A stretch of DNA of 64,000 nucleotides from the human T2T-CHM13v2.0 reference genome, Homo sapiens (GCF_009914755.1 NC_060939.1); one strand, 5' to 3'. Shown: positions 31,945 to 47,346, numbered from the stretch's first letter. Notes: generated by a model not told the origin, from the letters alone. Numbers and translations: made by a program.

Positions 31945-33055
31945 TTTCTGGAAGATAAGCTACAGACTGGGAGAAGATATTTGCAAAAGACACATGTAAC
32001 AAAGGACTCTTGTCCGAAATATACAAAGAACTCTTAAAACTCAACAGTAAGAAAACAGTCTGATTAAAAAATGGGCCAAAGAGCTTAACAGACACCTCAC
32101 CAAAGAAGTTATACAGATGGCAAATAAATGAAAAGATGCTCCATGTCCTATGCCATCAGGGAAATGCAAATTAAAACAACATTGAGATACCAGTACATAC
32201 CTATTAGAATGGCCAAAATCAAAATACTGACTACCAAATGTGGACCAGGATGTGGAGCGGTAGGAACTCTCATCATTTCTCGTGGGAACGCAAAATGGTA
32301 CAGCCACAAAATGGAAGACAGCGTGGCAGATTCTTAAAATACAAAATGTACTCTTACTATGTAACTCAGCAATCAAAACTTCTTTAAAATTACCCAAATG
32401 AGTTGAAAACTGTGTCCATACAAAAACCTGCACATGGATGTTCATAGCAGCTTTATTCATAATTGCCAAAACTTGGAAGCAACCAAGATGTCTTTCAGTA
32501 GATGAAAGGATGAGTAAACTGTGGTACATCCAGAAGTGGGATATTATTCCGTGCTAAAGAAATCAGCTATCAAACCATGAAAAACCGTGGAGGGACTTTA
32601 AATGCATATTATTAAATGAAATAAGCCAATCTGCAATGGCTGTATACTGTACGATTCCACCTATGTGACACTCTGGAAAAGGCAAAACTATGAAGACAAT
32701 GAAAAGATCAGTGGTTGCTAGGGGTTAGTGAAGAGGGAGGGATGAATAGTCAACAGCACAGTTTTTTTTTTTTTTTGGGTGGGTGGGGGCCTAAACTATT
32801 TTGTATGATACTGTAATGGTGGATATGTATCATTATGCATTTGTCCTGACCCATAGAGTGTATAACATCAAATAAGAACCCTTATGTAAACTACAGACTT
32901 TGGGTAACAACGGTGTGTCAATGTAGGTTCATTGAATGTACCACTCTGTGTTGTTGATAGGGAGGCTATGGGTATGTATTAGGACAGGGTTATATGGGAG
33001 CTGTAGCTTCTGCATATGTTTGCTGTGAGCCTTAAACTGCTCTAAAAAATAATAA
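31945..33055 (+). mobile_element. L1MC/MD-type ORF2 3' end and 3' UTR
   Basis: ORF 32128-32337 reads MKRCS..IREMQIKTTLRYQYIPIRMA, the L1 ORF2 C-terminal region; followed by a typical 3' UTR. Confidence 0.9.
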
Positions 33056-33147
33056 GTTTTTTTTTTCTTTTAAAGGGGGAAATAAACCGTTGGCAAATGT
33101 GTTGGGGGAGGGGGAGAAGACACAACATTGAGAATAATAAGGCATAA

Positions 33148-33748
<601 letters not shown>

Positions 33749-33769
33749 AAGCTGGTCCACTTTTACATA

Positions 33770-34900
<1,131 letters not shown>

Positions 34901-35042
34901 TTAAAATCACCTGAGAAGTGAAAAAAACCCACAGTGCCCAGTCCCTTTCCGTTACTTCTTCCTTCAGTTCTCTTGGAAAATGAAAAGAAACATGGAATGT
35001 AAGTAGTTGTAGCTTCGGTGACCCCTGTGTTCCTCCACATTC

Positions 35043-35182
35043 TTTTTTTTTTTTCTCAATTTTTTTGTAGAAGCAGGGTCTTGCTATGTTGTCCAGGCTG
35101 GTCTCAAACTCCTAGACACAAGCGATCCTCTCACCTCAGCCCCACAAAGTGCTGGGATTGCAAGCGTGAGCCACCACGTTCA
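35043..35182 (-). mobile_element. FLAM / Alu left monomer
   Basis: TSD ctccacatt. Confidence 0.85.
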
Positions 35183-35692
35183 ATCTCCACATTTTTTGCA
35201 TATAAAAATTGAGGTTACCCATATGGTAATCCTGTAGGTATTTAGTATCCTAGGAATTGTTAAGAAAAGGTAAGCAATATACCTACCTTTAGTCTACATA
35301 TAGCCCATAAGGTTTGTAACATCGTATTTTTTAAAAATCGTGCTTCCTAATGGGTAACACTGAATGTATTAAAGTGTCATTTCTCCTTATTTCGATATAT
35401 TTAAAGATAAATCTTATCCTAGTTAAAATTGTGAAATATTTTAAAACTTTCTTTTCCTTTGTCATTTCCATATACCAGGCATATTAGTATTTCTTTTTAT
35501 TTTATTCATTAGTAAGCCATAGTCCCTGCCCTGGAGGGAGGTGCCCATGGTCCCCTGAGGGCAATAGAGGTATAAATAGATCCTTGCCAGTTATTCCTCT
35601 TGTTTGCCCCATGCCTCTTAGTCTGTAGTTTAAACAAATTTATACTGACCCTAAAAATGAATGTGATTTTTTCTTTTTAAAAATATATTTTG

Positions 35693-35978
35693 AGGCAGGT
35701 ACAGTGGTTCAACCCTGCAATTCTAGTGACTCAGGAGGCTTAGGTTGGAGGGTCACTTGAAGCCAGGAGTTCCAGACCAGCCTGGGCAACACAGTGAGAC
35801 TCCGCCTTTAAAAAGAAGTAGGAAACTTAGCTGGGCATGATAGTGTGTGCCTGCAGTGCTGCCTACCAGAGAGGCCGAGGTGGGTGTCTCACTTCAGTGC
35901 AGAGACTGCAGTGAACCCTGATCTTGCACTCCAACCTGGGCGACAGAGGAAGACCCTGACTCTTAAAAAATTAAATAA
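35693..35978 (+). mobile_element. Degenerate AluJ
   Basis: Alu dimer remnants. Confidence 0.85.
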
Positions 35979-36979
35979 GATATAAATTTTGGGCAAAGGT
36001 CGGAGCTGGTGGAGAAAGGACACCTTTAACTTTATGGTCTTTTCTTTTATCCATTATAGCAGTTTTCCAGACCACTGTCATTTTCTTTCTTTTACTGTCT
36101 AATGCTTTTTTTTTTTTTTTTTTAAATCTCTGCAGATTAATTTCTCTTCTGTTTTACAAACTAAATAGAATTTTCTATAATTACTAATTTCTTTCCATGC
36201 CTCTCCAGATGAAGCAAAGCAAAGCATAAAATCAGAAATACAGCAACAACTGTTATCTGTCAAGTCTTCCATCTGGGTTTTGATACTATCATGATTTTTG
36301 TGGGATATTGCCTCCATTATTTCATCTGTCATATCTTGAACCTTTTCCTCCTTTCTTGGTATATCAGTCAGGATTTTTCATTATAAACAAACTTTAAGAA
36401 GTTAAAAGTGAAATAGACATTAAAGATTGAGAATCTTAGGTGTGAAGGTTGTGCAGTCAGGAAAATGCCAAAATCAGAATGTCAAACTATTTTAGTGGAG
36501 GCACTGTTGCTGCTGCCATTGGGCACAGGTATCACTGCTGATAACATCAATATTGGGCATATGACACCACAACTAATACCTCTGCAACGTCTGAAAGCTG
36601 GATATCTCCTTACTCCTTTGATAGATTACCTCATTGAACCTTCTTTGAGTAGTGAGTTTTTGATAAACTGTCTCCCTGCTCCTGCCTGGGAGGAATTCTC
36701 TCACCTGGAGGGATGGGAAAGTGAATTGTGTCCTCTGTTTACCTTGCTAGCTTTTTTTTTTTATCTCCGTATCCTTATGTCTGTTCTCATATTACACTTT
36801 AGTAGTACAAAACTTTTGTGACAGTCACCAAATTCATTTTTCTGCTGCCTCAGCTTTGCAATTGTGTTTTGACCCAGGGCTTCTGTTTACTGTGCAGCTC
36901 TAGGGAGCATCTTTGGAATTGTACTGTCATTGGCCCAGGCCTGACTTGCCTTTCTTACTGTCTTTTTTCCTAATTTTCC

Positions 36980-37185
36980 TTCAAAACTCAAGTTAACCTT
37001 TTCTTCTGAGACAGCTTTTCTTATCTCTCAAGATCTACTTGCTTTGCACTGTATTGTTTATTTGATTTAGTATTTTACCACTTCTATTTGAGGTTCTTTG
37101 TGCAGAAACTATCCTACTTTTCTTGTATTCCTACACATAACGCAGTTCCTAATATATAGCCATTGTTTACTAAGTATTTTAATTA
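36980..37185 (+). mobile_element. L2 3' end fragment
   Basis: ttgtattcctacacataacgcagttcctaatatatag. Confidence 0.5.
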
Positions 37186-37818
37186 AATCCAGCCATTTAT
37201 AGGTTTTCTTTTCTGTAATAGAATTTTATTGAAGTTATGACATGAATGTAAATCAGATTTCATTTTGGGAGCTTTTAGAAACAGCATCAACAATGGAGCT
37301 ACTTTTAAGTTGATAACAAGTAAAAAAAAAAGTGTCTTTCTTGCAGCTCAGATTTCTTGTAGGTTATTAAATTATAATAACATTTAAAAACTCATTTCAG
37401 TTGATAGTATGGTAGTATATAGGGTAAATGCTAATGAATTAATTGGTGTGTTTGAGGTGGGATGAAATACAGGTGGTTGAAAACTTAACCACCTATAAAA
37501 CTTAATTATACTTGGACAGGTATAATTAAAGAATCCTGAAGAAGGATTTCAGTCTTTCCTGGACTCTGTTACAAATAGCTTTTCACTTTTCATTCTGAAG
37601 CATTAATACCCATTTAATGGGTAGGTACTAGTGTTAATACTTGGATGTGATTATGATAACATGGAACTTTTTGTAGCCACATTATTAATAATATATAATT
37701 TCATAATTAGCCTCAGGGATGGTGAAAGTAAATTTGGTTTTTCAGAAACCTTGCCTTTTTGATGACATTTATCACTATTCTACAATACAGTGAAATTTTT
37801 CCTGTTTAAACAATCCAC

Positions 37819-38456
37819 GGCCGGGCACAGTGGCTCATGCCTGTGATCCCAGAACTTTAGCTGACTGTGGCAGGAAGATCGCTTGAGCGTAGGAGTTTGA
37901 GACTAGCCTGGACAACATAGGGAGACCCCCATCTCTACAAAAAAATAAAAAATTAGCTAGGTGTGGTGATGCACACCTATAGTCCCAGCTACTCAGAAGG
38001 CTGAGGCAGGAGGATTGCTGGAGCCCAGGAGGGTGGAGCTGTGATCTGTGATCATGTCACTGTACTCTAGCCTGAGTGACCAAGTGAGACCCTGTCTCAG
38101 ACAAAAAACAAAAAACAATTCACGTATTATTGAGGAGAGTAGTGAAGGGCAAGAGGCAAATGTACGGCTGGGTGTGGTGGCTCATGCCTGTAATCCCAGC
38201 ACTTTGGGAGGCCAAGGTGGGCGGATCATGAGGTCAGGAGATCGAGACCATCCTGGCTAACACAGTGAAACCCCATCTCTACTAAAAATACAAAAAATTA
38301 GCCGCGTGTGGTGATGGGCTCACGTAGTCCCAGCTACTCAGGAGGCTGAAGCAGGAGAATGGTGTGAACCCAGGAGGCGGAGCTTGCAGTGAGCCGAGAT
38401 CCACCACTGCACTCCAGCCTGGGCGACAGAGCGAGACTCCGTCTCAAAAAAAAAAA
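37819..38456 (+). mobile_element. AluJ (37819-38118) and AluY (38166-38456)
   Basis: The second has TSD gcaaatgtac. Confidence 0.93.
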
Positions 38457-38514
38457 GCAAATGTACTATCTCATTATAGTACAGTGATTAAGAACACAGA
38501 ATTCTTGCTCCCCC

Positions 38515-38752
38515 TATCTCACTATCTCACCTAGACTGGAGTGCAGTGGCGTGATCACAGCTGACTGCATCCTTGAACTCCGGGGCTCAAACTGATTCTC
38601 TCGCCTCAGCCTCCCTAGTGGGTAGGACTGTGCACCACAACACCTAGCAAATTTTTTGTAGAGATGGGACCTTACTTTGTTGACCACACTGGTCTGGAAC
38701 TCCTGGACTCAAGCAGTCCTCCTCTCTTGGCCTGAGCCACTGCACCCTGCCA
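38515..38752 (-). mobile_element. Degenerate AluJ
   Basis: Antisense Alu with deletions. Confidence 0.85.
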
Positions 38753-38843
38753 GGAATTTTTTAAATATCAGCTATGTTTAAGACATTGAGCAGGAGCTTG
38801 GTGATGAGGAGTTACACACAACAGTGTATCATACAATAGACCC

Positions 38844-38901
38844 CCATGGTACGTAGAGATAAGTTTTTATGGCTCCATGGTACTTAGAGATAAATTTTTA
38901 T
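38844..38901. repeat. 31-bp-period tandem duplication
   Basis: ccatggtac(g/t)tagagataa(g/a)tttttat twice. Confidence 0.85.
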
Positions 38902-40291
38902 TTTTGACCTAGGTGGGAAAGGATTTAGTAATGAGGTGTGGCATTTGATTGGACAAGGAAGGGCAGAAGTGATATGGGAACCTGGGTATTTAAGGCTCAG
39001 AAAACAAAACTAAGTGGGGCACAAAGTTTAAGGAATATATGTTGAACAATTATGAGATTGAATGTCTGGAGTATGCGAAGAATAGAGGGGAAATGGTTGG
39101 AAATGTTTAATGCACGTTATAAGGGCCTTGAATTTTAAGTAAGTGAATTTGGAATTTTTCTGTCTTTATTGGGAAGCCCTTGAACGTTGTTTTATGGAGA
39201 AATAATGATGGAAAAGCATTATTTCAGAAAAAAATCTAGTAATAAATGAGCTGTTTTAACTATCCAGGTAAAAGGAAAATATTGTCCTGACTTACAATAG
39301 TGACAGCTAAATTGATAGCAGAGGGTAGATGGAAAGAGAAGTAAAATTAGTTTTAACTGAGACAAAATATAGGAGACTCTGGGAAACTTCTGGTAATTTT
39401 GACCGTTCCTTTCACTAAATACACTAGAAGAGGCTAGGTGAAATACTGAAACATGTTTGAAAAGTAAGATTATCAAATAATTAGTAAGATAGGAAATAGA
39501 GGTTCAAGGTTGAGAGTTTGGGAATCAAGGGAAATTTAGAGAAACAAGCTTCCAGTCCTTGTTGCTCTAGCAGTGTATGTTGATCCAGAAGAGGTAGCTA
39601 AGAGACTTAGCTGTGAGTTTTGTTTGCCCTTTGTTAGTAGAGGGGGAAGTTGGAATATTAGGTCTACTAAGAGCGAAAATTGAATACACTAGCTCCTTAA
39701 AGACTGAAGATGATCTTCATGTCTTTTGGGTAGTCCAGAAAACCTTAAACCTTGAACTTGGGTTAAGATAGCCCCCGTATAGAACAGAAACAAACGTAAA
39801 TCTTCTCTAGGGAAATAACATTATTTAAGACCTTAAACTATTTTCTCAAATTATTTTTCTAATTAAAACATAACAACCTGGAACTTAAGATACTGGAATT
39901 GTCAGACCTAGACCAAAATGAGTATGCTATCACCAGGGAGCTGTCATTCAGATTTGGAAAAAAATCAGAATTTTTATAACTAAACAAAATAAGCAAAATT
40001 AACTTTGTGACATAGTTTAACAGCAGACTGGACAAAGCTGAAGAGAGTTTAGTGTATTTGAAAATCAAACAATGATCCAGAATTAAGTATATCCATTAAA
40101 AGATGGAAAATACAGAAGAGATTAAGAAATACAGAGGATATAATGAGAAGGTCTCATTGAGTTTTAGAAAGAGAGGAGAGAATGTGGCAGAGGCAGTATT
40201 TTAAGATAAAAATGACTGAGAATTTTGCAGATTGGTAAAAGACCCAAATGTCATAGATTGAAGAAACATAACAGTTCCCATGTGTGATAGC

Positions 40292-40486
40292 TACTTGTTT
40301 CACTGATCCTAAGATACACAGTTTTTCACATTTTAACATCTGAAATCTGGATGCATCTTTCAATTATTGACACCTTACAGTCCAAAAAGATTGAAATTTT
40401 GACTCGTGAAAAATTTTCCATGTCAACTTCTGTTAAGATCATGAAATTTCAGCACGAAAGCATTTTAGATTTTATGAAATATGGTA
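40292..40486. mobile_element. TcMar-Tc2 MITE (MER104/Kanga-like)
   Basis: TA-bounded imperfect terminal inverted repeats tacttgtttcactgatcctaagatac and gcattttagattttatgaaatatggta; internal ttttcacattttaacatctgaaatctggatgcatctt. Confidence 0.65.
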
Positions 40487-40500
40487 AAAAGAAATCCACA

Positions 40501-40814
40501 TTTTTATTTATTTATTTATTTATTTATTTATTGAAACACAGTTTCATTCTGTTGTCCAGGCTGGAGTGCAGTGGCACAGTCTCAGCTCAGTGCAGCTTGC
40601 ACCTCCCGGGTTCAAGGCATTCTAGGGCCTCAGCTTTCTGAGTACCTGGAATTACAGGCACGAGCCACTAGGCCTGGTTAACTTTAGTATTTTTAGTAGA
40701 GATGGGGTTTCGCCACGTTGGCCAGGCTGGTCTCGAACTCCTGACCTCAGGTGATGTGCCTGCCTCAGCCTCCCAAAGTGCTGGTATTATAGGGGTGAGC
40801 CACTGGGCCTGACC
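40501..40814 (-). mobile_element. AluS with (TTTA)n tail
   Basis: TSD agaaatccacattt. Confidence 0.94.
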
Positions 40815-42379
40815 AGAAATCCACATTTAAAAACATCTTAGTAAAACTACAAAATCAGCAAAAATAAAAAATCTAAATCAATGAGATACAAGAAAGGCTG
40901 CTTTCAAAAGAGTGAAAGTATAGGTATAATAATATTCTAGAGCACAGCTCAACAGCAACAGTGAAAGTGATAGTAAGATGATACCTCAGTCTTTTGAAAG
41001 AAAATAAACCTTACCTAGAATACTATGTTCATGGAAAATATATTCATAAACAGTATGTTTTAATTAATATAAATGGTTTTATGTTGTACCTAGCTTTTGT
41101 ATCTTTTTAAAGCCAACCAACATTTTGTTCTGCCAGTGTTGATTGAAGTTTCAAATACTCATAATTGTTATTTAAGCAACTATTTGTCTGTTAAAGGGAA
41201 AAATCTTGCAGAATGTTGTACTTTGGAATTTATAACCTTAAATGCATAATGAGCTAAGCATTCATCTTAAAAGTCTCAAGTAATAAGCTTAGAGGTCTCA
41301 AGTTAGGAAAAGAACAACAAAATAAATATAGGGAAAATACAAGGAAAGAAATAAAGAACAGAATATAATAAAATAGAAAACATGCAGTAGAAGGGATCAA
41401 GAAGCCGTAAGATTTTTTTTTTTTTTTAAGACTGATAACGTTGACACTTTGATGAGGTTAGGAAAAAGAGAGATCCTAAATAACCAGTATTAGGAATGAA
41501 AACAGAGTATCACTAGGATCTTGTGGATGGTTTAAAAAAAAACTCTTAAAATTATGGACAACTATTCAAACTTGATAGACGAAATGGGTAGATTCCTAGA
41601 AATAGGCAATTTCCCAAAACTGACATAAGAAATAGTAAACCTGTATCCTTATTAAGTATAAAGAAATGAAATCCATAATTTAAAATGTTCTTATAAAGAA
41701 AAGTTGAAATTCAAATGGTTATACTGGAAAGTTCTACCATAACATTTAATATGACAGTAACTTCAACCTTATTCTAAAGAACAGAAAAATAGGATCTTCT
41801 GCCTTCATAAAGATATCATAACCTTTATACCAAAACCCAAGGAAAGATGATACACCAGTTTGTCTTATGTACATAGATACAAAAAAACCATACATACACA
41901 CACGCACGCACACAAAACAAAAACTGGAACAACAGAAACACCTCAGAATATTAGCAAATTGAATTCAGCAATACATATATAAAAAGGAGGGTAACCCAGC
42001 ATGGCCACCTGAGGTGAATCCTGGGAATGCTAGGTTGGTTTAACCTGAAACAATTCAGCATGATTGGTCACTTGAACAAATTGATGAGAAAAACATTTCA
42101 GAGATGCCAAGGAGCCTTTGCTTCATGATTTTAAAAAGAAGCTATTAGCAATCTAGAACTTTGTTAACCTTATAAATCTTACAGAAACATTTGTAGGAGA
42201 TATCATAGTTTATCCACTGAAATGTTAAAAAAGATTTCCCTTTTAGATGGGAGTTCAAGATGTGGATATCGTATCTCCAGTTCAATTCAGCATTATACTA
42301 GAAATGATTCTAGCCAGTAGAACATCAAAAAATGAAAACAAAATACAGTGTTGTAAGAGAAATGCCTGTGTTTTTGGGG

Positions 42380-42670
42380 GTTTTCTTTTTTTTGAGATGG
42401 GGTCTTGCTCTGTCTCCCAGGCTGGGGTGCAGTGGTGAGATCATGGCTCACTGCAGCCCCCTACCTGCCAGGTTCAAGCAATTCTCCTGTCTCAGCCTCC
42501 CAAGTAGCTGGGACTACAGGACCATGCCCCCAAGCACAGCTGATTTTTGTATTTTTAGTAGAGATGGGGTTTCACCATGTTGGCCAGGCTGGTCTTGAAC
42601 TCCTGAGCTCAAGGAATCCACCTGTCTTCAGAAGTGCTGGGATTATAGGCGTGAGCCCGTGGGCCCGGCC
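42380..42670 (-). mobile_element. Alu (J/S)
   Basis: Antisense dimer. Confidence 0.9.
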
Positions 42671-42890
42671 CCTGGCTGTTAATATTCACTGACAATGTGA
42701 TTGTGTATTCACAAACAATGTGATTGTACATGTGGAAAAATCAGAATCTGGAGGTAAATTGTTAGAATAAATGTCTTTAGAAAGAAATATGAAAAATTTC
42801 TTTTTTCTTTGACCCAATAATTCCGCTCTCAGGTATATATCCAATAGAAAGAAATACGTGCACATCTACATTGAAAGTCATATATAAAAC

Positions 42891-43166
42891 TGGTGGTGGC
42901 TCATGCCTGTGGACTCAGCAACATGGGAGAATCGCTTGAGGCCAGGAGTTACAGATCAGCTTGGGCAACATAGTGAGACCCCGTATTTACAGAAAATTAA
43001 ACAATTAGCTATGCATGGTGGCATCTGCTTGTAGTCCCAGCTACTCAGGAGGCTGAGGTGGGAGGATTGCTGGAGCCTAGGAGGTCAAGGCTGCTGTGAG
43101 CCATTTTTATGCCACTGCACTACAACCTGGGCGACAGAGTGAGACCCTGTCTCAAAAAAAGAAAAA
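42891..43166 (+). mobile_element. AluJ
   Basis: TSD aaagtcatatataa. Confidence 0.9.
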
Positions 43167-43409
43167 GTCATATATAAGCATGTTCCTAGCAGTATTTATT
43201 CATACTTCAACCTATAAACAACCCAGATGTTTATCACTATTACACTAGATAGGTAATTATGGTATATTGACATAGTAACTATTCAGCAGTGCAAAATAAA
43301 TGAGCAAAAGCTACAAGCCACAGCATAGATAAATCTTAAAAACATAGTGAAAAGAAAAGGACCCCAAGTAATACCTATCTACTATATGGTTCTACTTACA
43401 TAAAATATA

Positions 43410-43567
43410 AAAACAGTTGAAACTAAGTTTATATTGTTTAAGGATGTGTGTTTAGGTGGTGTAGCTATTTAAAAAGGGCAGTGATTAAAACAGTTGAAAC
43501 TAAGTTTACATTGTTTAAGGATGCATATTTAGGTGTAATTATTAAAAAAAAAAACAGGGTAGTGATC
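43410..43567. repeat. Diverged ~77-bp tandem duplication in L1 3' UTR
   Basis: aaaacagttgaaactaagttta(t/c)attgtttaaggatg starts at 43410 and 43487. Confidence 0.85.
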
Positions 43568-44204
43568 ATACGTTTAGGGGGGCTTGTAGAGTACTAGCAG
43601 TCTTCTGTTTCTTGTCCTGGGTGGTATTTATATACTGGTGTTTGTTTTATAACAGTTTGTAAGCTGCATGTTTATGTACTTCTCTAGGATTGTGTTATTG
43701 CAAAATAAAAATCATTTTAAAACACATATACACAGACATAGGAAAAGGATCAGTCTTAAAGGGAAGGTCCATCTTTTTTCCTGGACATGTAGGATTAATA
43801 GTTCCTTTGTACCTACAAGTAAACTTACATTTTGCCAAGACAGCTTTTCTCACTGCTCTCCTAGGCTCTAGTATATTAAATCTATCCTAAATTTAACTTA
43901 GATTGTGTTAACTTACTTGAGCAACCTCTGCTACCCTTGTGGTTTCTGCCACATCAAAGCCATACTCCCCGGATTTGGGGTTTGAAAACCTTGTGTACAT
44001 TCACTCCATTCTGTATGTCTTTGCTTATAACTGTATATTCCTTGGGATGCCCTCTGCTATTCAGGCCTCAATCTTAAGAGCTGTAGCTTTGTACAGAATC
44101 AGAGCGTATCAAGAATACTTCATTCTGGGGTTGTGCTCATAGCCATCACGTACAATTCTGTACATCACAAATCGATGCCTCCTATGTCTTCTTATTGTCT
44201 GTAT

Positions 44205-44206
<2 letters not shown>

Positions 44207-44235
<29 letters not shown>

Positions 44236-44515
44236 GAGACGGAGTCTCGCTGTCGCCCAGGCTGGAGTGCAGTGGCGCAATCTCGGCTCACTGCAGGCTC
44301 CGCCCCCTGGGGTTCATGCCATTCTCCTGCCTCAGCCTCCCGAGTAGCTGGGACTACAGGCGCCCGCCACCTCGCCCGGCTAATTTTTTGTATTTTTAGT
44401 AGAGACGGGGTTTCACCGTGTTAGCCAGGATGGTCTCGAACTCCTGACCTCGTGATCCACCCGCCTCGGCCTCCCAAAGTGCTGGGATTACAGGCGTGAG
44501 CCACCGCGCCCGGCC
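44207..44515 (-). mobile_element. Young AluY (AluYe5/Yf-like)
   Basis: CpG-rich, ~29-nt pure tail, 17-bp TSD ttattgtctgtattctt; sense diagnostics GGGCGAGGTGG, GGGGGCGGAGCCTGCAG, GCGACAGCGAGAC. Confidence 0.95.
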
Positions 44516-45511
44516 TTATTGTCTGTATTCTTACCACATTTACCAACTTGTTTCAACATCTTGAAGTTAGTTTTCTGTACTTCTCTAGGATTCTTCTCCC
44601 ATTCTTGCATGCTAAGTAGCATGTCATACTACAAACAGGTATTCATCTCTTTCCTTCCAAACAATTGACATTACAACTAACTAGCATAATTCCTACATAT
44701 AGTTGCTGAATAGGTGAGGGAACTGTGTTAAATGGAACTTAATTATATTACTACCTTGTGTTTTGATGGATAATTTGTTTTAACATAGCTGAATTTTAAA
44801 CATACTTGTTTGATTCATAGGCTTTCAACTTTTACAGCCTGAGGACTTGCATTAGATATATTGAAAAATCGTTATCAAAACAATAAAAAGACAATTTCTT
44901 TTTATATACTTGAAGAAACGATATTTCTCTTCAGTTGGAATGAGATCCACTGTTGCATGAATCACAAGTAGTAGTGTGTTTTATTTTCTAGATAAAAATG
45001 TATAGCAGGAGCAAAAGACCATTAAGCAGAGGGTGTAGATTTCCTTTAATGCACGTATTTGGAAAGAGGTGGACAAAAAAAGCCACTGTCTTGGTTTTCT
45101 TTGAAGTAAAAATAGTTTTTTAAAAATAATGGTTCTTGTCGTTTTGGGGACTGTAGTCTCTTTTGAAAAAGTAATACAATCTTGAACCTTCTCCTGGGAG
45201 TGCGGGGGTGGGGCGGGGGCAGAGAACATTTGTAAATAAGTTATAACATTTGGATTCTGCCCAATTGTTGAAATGCCAGGGACCTCCAATTACAAATTTA
45301 TGTGTTTGATGATCTTGGTAAAACTGAAATAGTCATAAGCCAGAAGTCGTAGACAACCACCAGTAAAGATGACACATGTGTTTGTAGTGTGGCTGGAACA
45401 CCCTGTGAAAACCAGCATCTGTGTCTTCTAAAGCCTGTATTGTACAGATGTTCTCCATTCTGTGTTAGAAAAAGAATAGTCATTAACTTCTTTTGTAAAT
45501 GTCCTCCATAC

Positions 45512-45661
45512 TTTTATTTTTATCTTTTAAATTTTATTTCTAATAGAGATAGGGTCTTGCTATATTGTTCAGGCTGGTTCCGAACTCTGGGCTTGAGCGA
45601 TCCTCCCAGCTTGTCCTCCCACAGTGCTGGGATACAGGCTCACTAGCTACTGCACATAGCC
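45512..45661 (-). mobile_element. FLAM / Alu monomer
   Basis: agagatagggtcttgctatattgttcaggctgg. Confidence 0.8.
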
Positions 45662-46358
45662 TTTTTTTTCTTTTGAAATTTTATTTACCTGCATAGTTTT
45701 ACATCTACCTTTAAAACTCATGAGAAACAATAAAATTTTATTATGTAAAAAAGCTTTTTGATTAGCAAAATTTTTTATCGTAAAAGCTGAATGGGGGGGA
45801 TGTAAGAGGTCAATTTACTGTTCACTTGGCTTTTGGGTATTTAGGTTTTTCTGTAGTAAATGGGTATTGGATCCCTTTGGAAGATGGCATAGTTTATTGT
45901 AATTCTGTTATGGTTTTGCGAATTCGAGCCTAGAAAGAGTTATCTTAACATCTGTTTCACTGTGGTTAGTTCGTTAATCCACCTGCCTTCATCCTGGCTC
46001 AGAACTAAAAAGGTTAAAGTATGCAGTAAGATTTTTGTGCTGCCACTTGGAAGTAGTATTAATTAGTAGCTGCTCTATCAAGCATTCTTTTGCTTAGCAG
46101 TAAGCAAACTTAGGAGATTTTATTACAATGCTGTTTTTTTAGGTTTTATTTTATTATAATGCCTTTTTAAAAAAAATTAGGCTAATAAGAAAAATCTTAT
46201 GGCCTCAAAAAGTATTCTACTTTTTCTGAAAAATATATGAGCAGTATGTATATTTAGCTATAAAAACTACATAGAATACCCATTTTTTTTTAGAGATTAG
46301 CTTAAGAAACCTAAGTCTTTTATAGCAAGCTGTTACAGATTTGTGTGAGTTCTCATTT

Positions 46359-46387
46359 TTGTTGTTGTTGTTGTTGTTGTTGTTGTT
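46359..46387. repeat. (GTT)n microsatellite
   Basis: About 9 units. Confidence 0.95.
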
Positions 46388-47346
46388 TGTAACATGAGGG
46401 CTAAAAGCTTTCCTTAGGATAAAAAGGTTTTCTATCCTTAACTCCTTTAGATGGTTTTTGTTCTTTGGAATTCTGAACTTACCTAGTAGAGGTATGTAGT
46501 TATGCCAGTCATCTTACATTCTTTTGAAAGAATAACTTTAAAAACCACAAAGGATGCAGTAATATCTTTTAATTTGTTTGAAAACTTACATTCTGCCTCA
46601 GGAACCCTTTTTTAAATTTAATTTTTTATCAAAGTAACACAATCATGATTTTTTAAAAGTCCAATAGTTTCCCAAGAGTTATAAATGAAAAATAGTGCTC
46701 CAAACCCTCAGTTCCAATCCCATTCCCCAGAAGAGAAAGAACTATTTATTTTAGTATTTTTTATGACTTATTATTCCGTATTGCTGTTTTAAGACAGTCA
46801 TCTTCATACCTCATGTTACTTTTGCTTTTTATAAATGTGACGGCAGTTCTTATTCATTCGTATGATTTAAATGAATTTAAGATATTCCTTTGCTCCTTTG
46901 ACATTTTCCCTTAAATGTACATTTTCTAAAAGTAGAAAAAAATTACATCATTAACAGGTTAATGTGGCTGGGGGGAGTTGAAATGGCAGTTCTTGGAAGG
47001 GTTTTGGCACCCTGGATTTTTGTTCTTTGTCAGAACTATAAGGTATAGAATAATTGTGACTTTTGTAGTATTTTGAAATTGCAATCCGATACCCATAAAC
47101 TGCCATATGTGAGTGTTAAAACAGAAATGTTTTGGTCATTTAGAAGTAAACGTTATGTGTATATACATTTTCATACATGGATACATATAACCTATAATGT
47201 GTTTTTTAATACATTTTCATATGTGTGCTTATTTTTACTCCCTCTCAGGCTTATAGCAATAGCTAGTTGACTTGCAAATGTATAATGGAAGCATTAAAAG
47301 ACTGGATAGGAGGATTGAGCTCTGATAGTTTAAGAATAAGCATAGA

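Larger units (their letters stand above)
39900..43710 (+). mobile_element. Old fragmented L1ME-type element (ORF1, ORF2, 3' UTR remnants)
   Basis: tttaacagcagactggacaaagctgaagagag, aaataaccagtattaggaatgaaa, ttagcaaattgaattcagcaa, tttgacccaataattccgctctcaggtatatatcc. Confidence 0.7.

Noticed and set aside
32041-32529. 162-aa minus-strand ORF and 69-aa plus-strand ORF
   Set aside because: Degenerate L1 ORF2 remnant and its antisense frame.
36465-36821. 118-aa non-Alu ORF starting with ATG
   Set aside because: No recognisable domain, no clear exon boundaries, sequence resembles degenerate LTR/repeat; length is within chance expectation.
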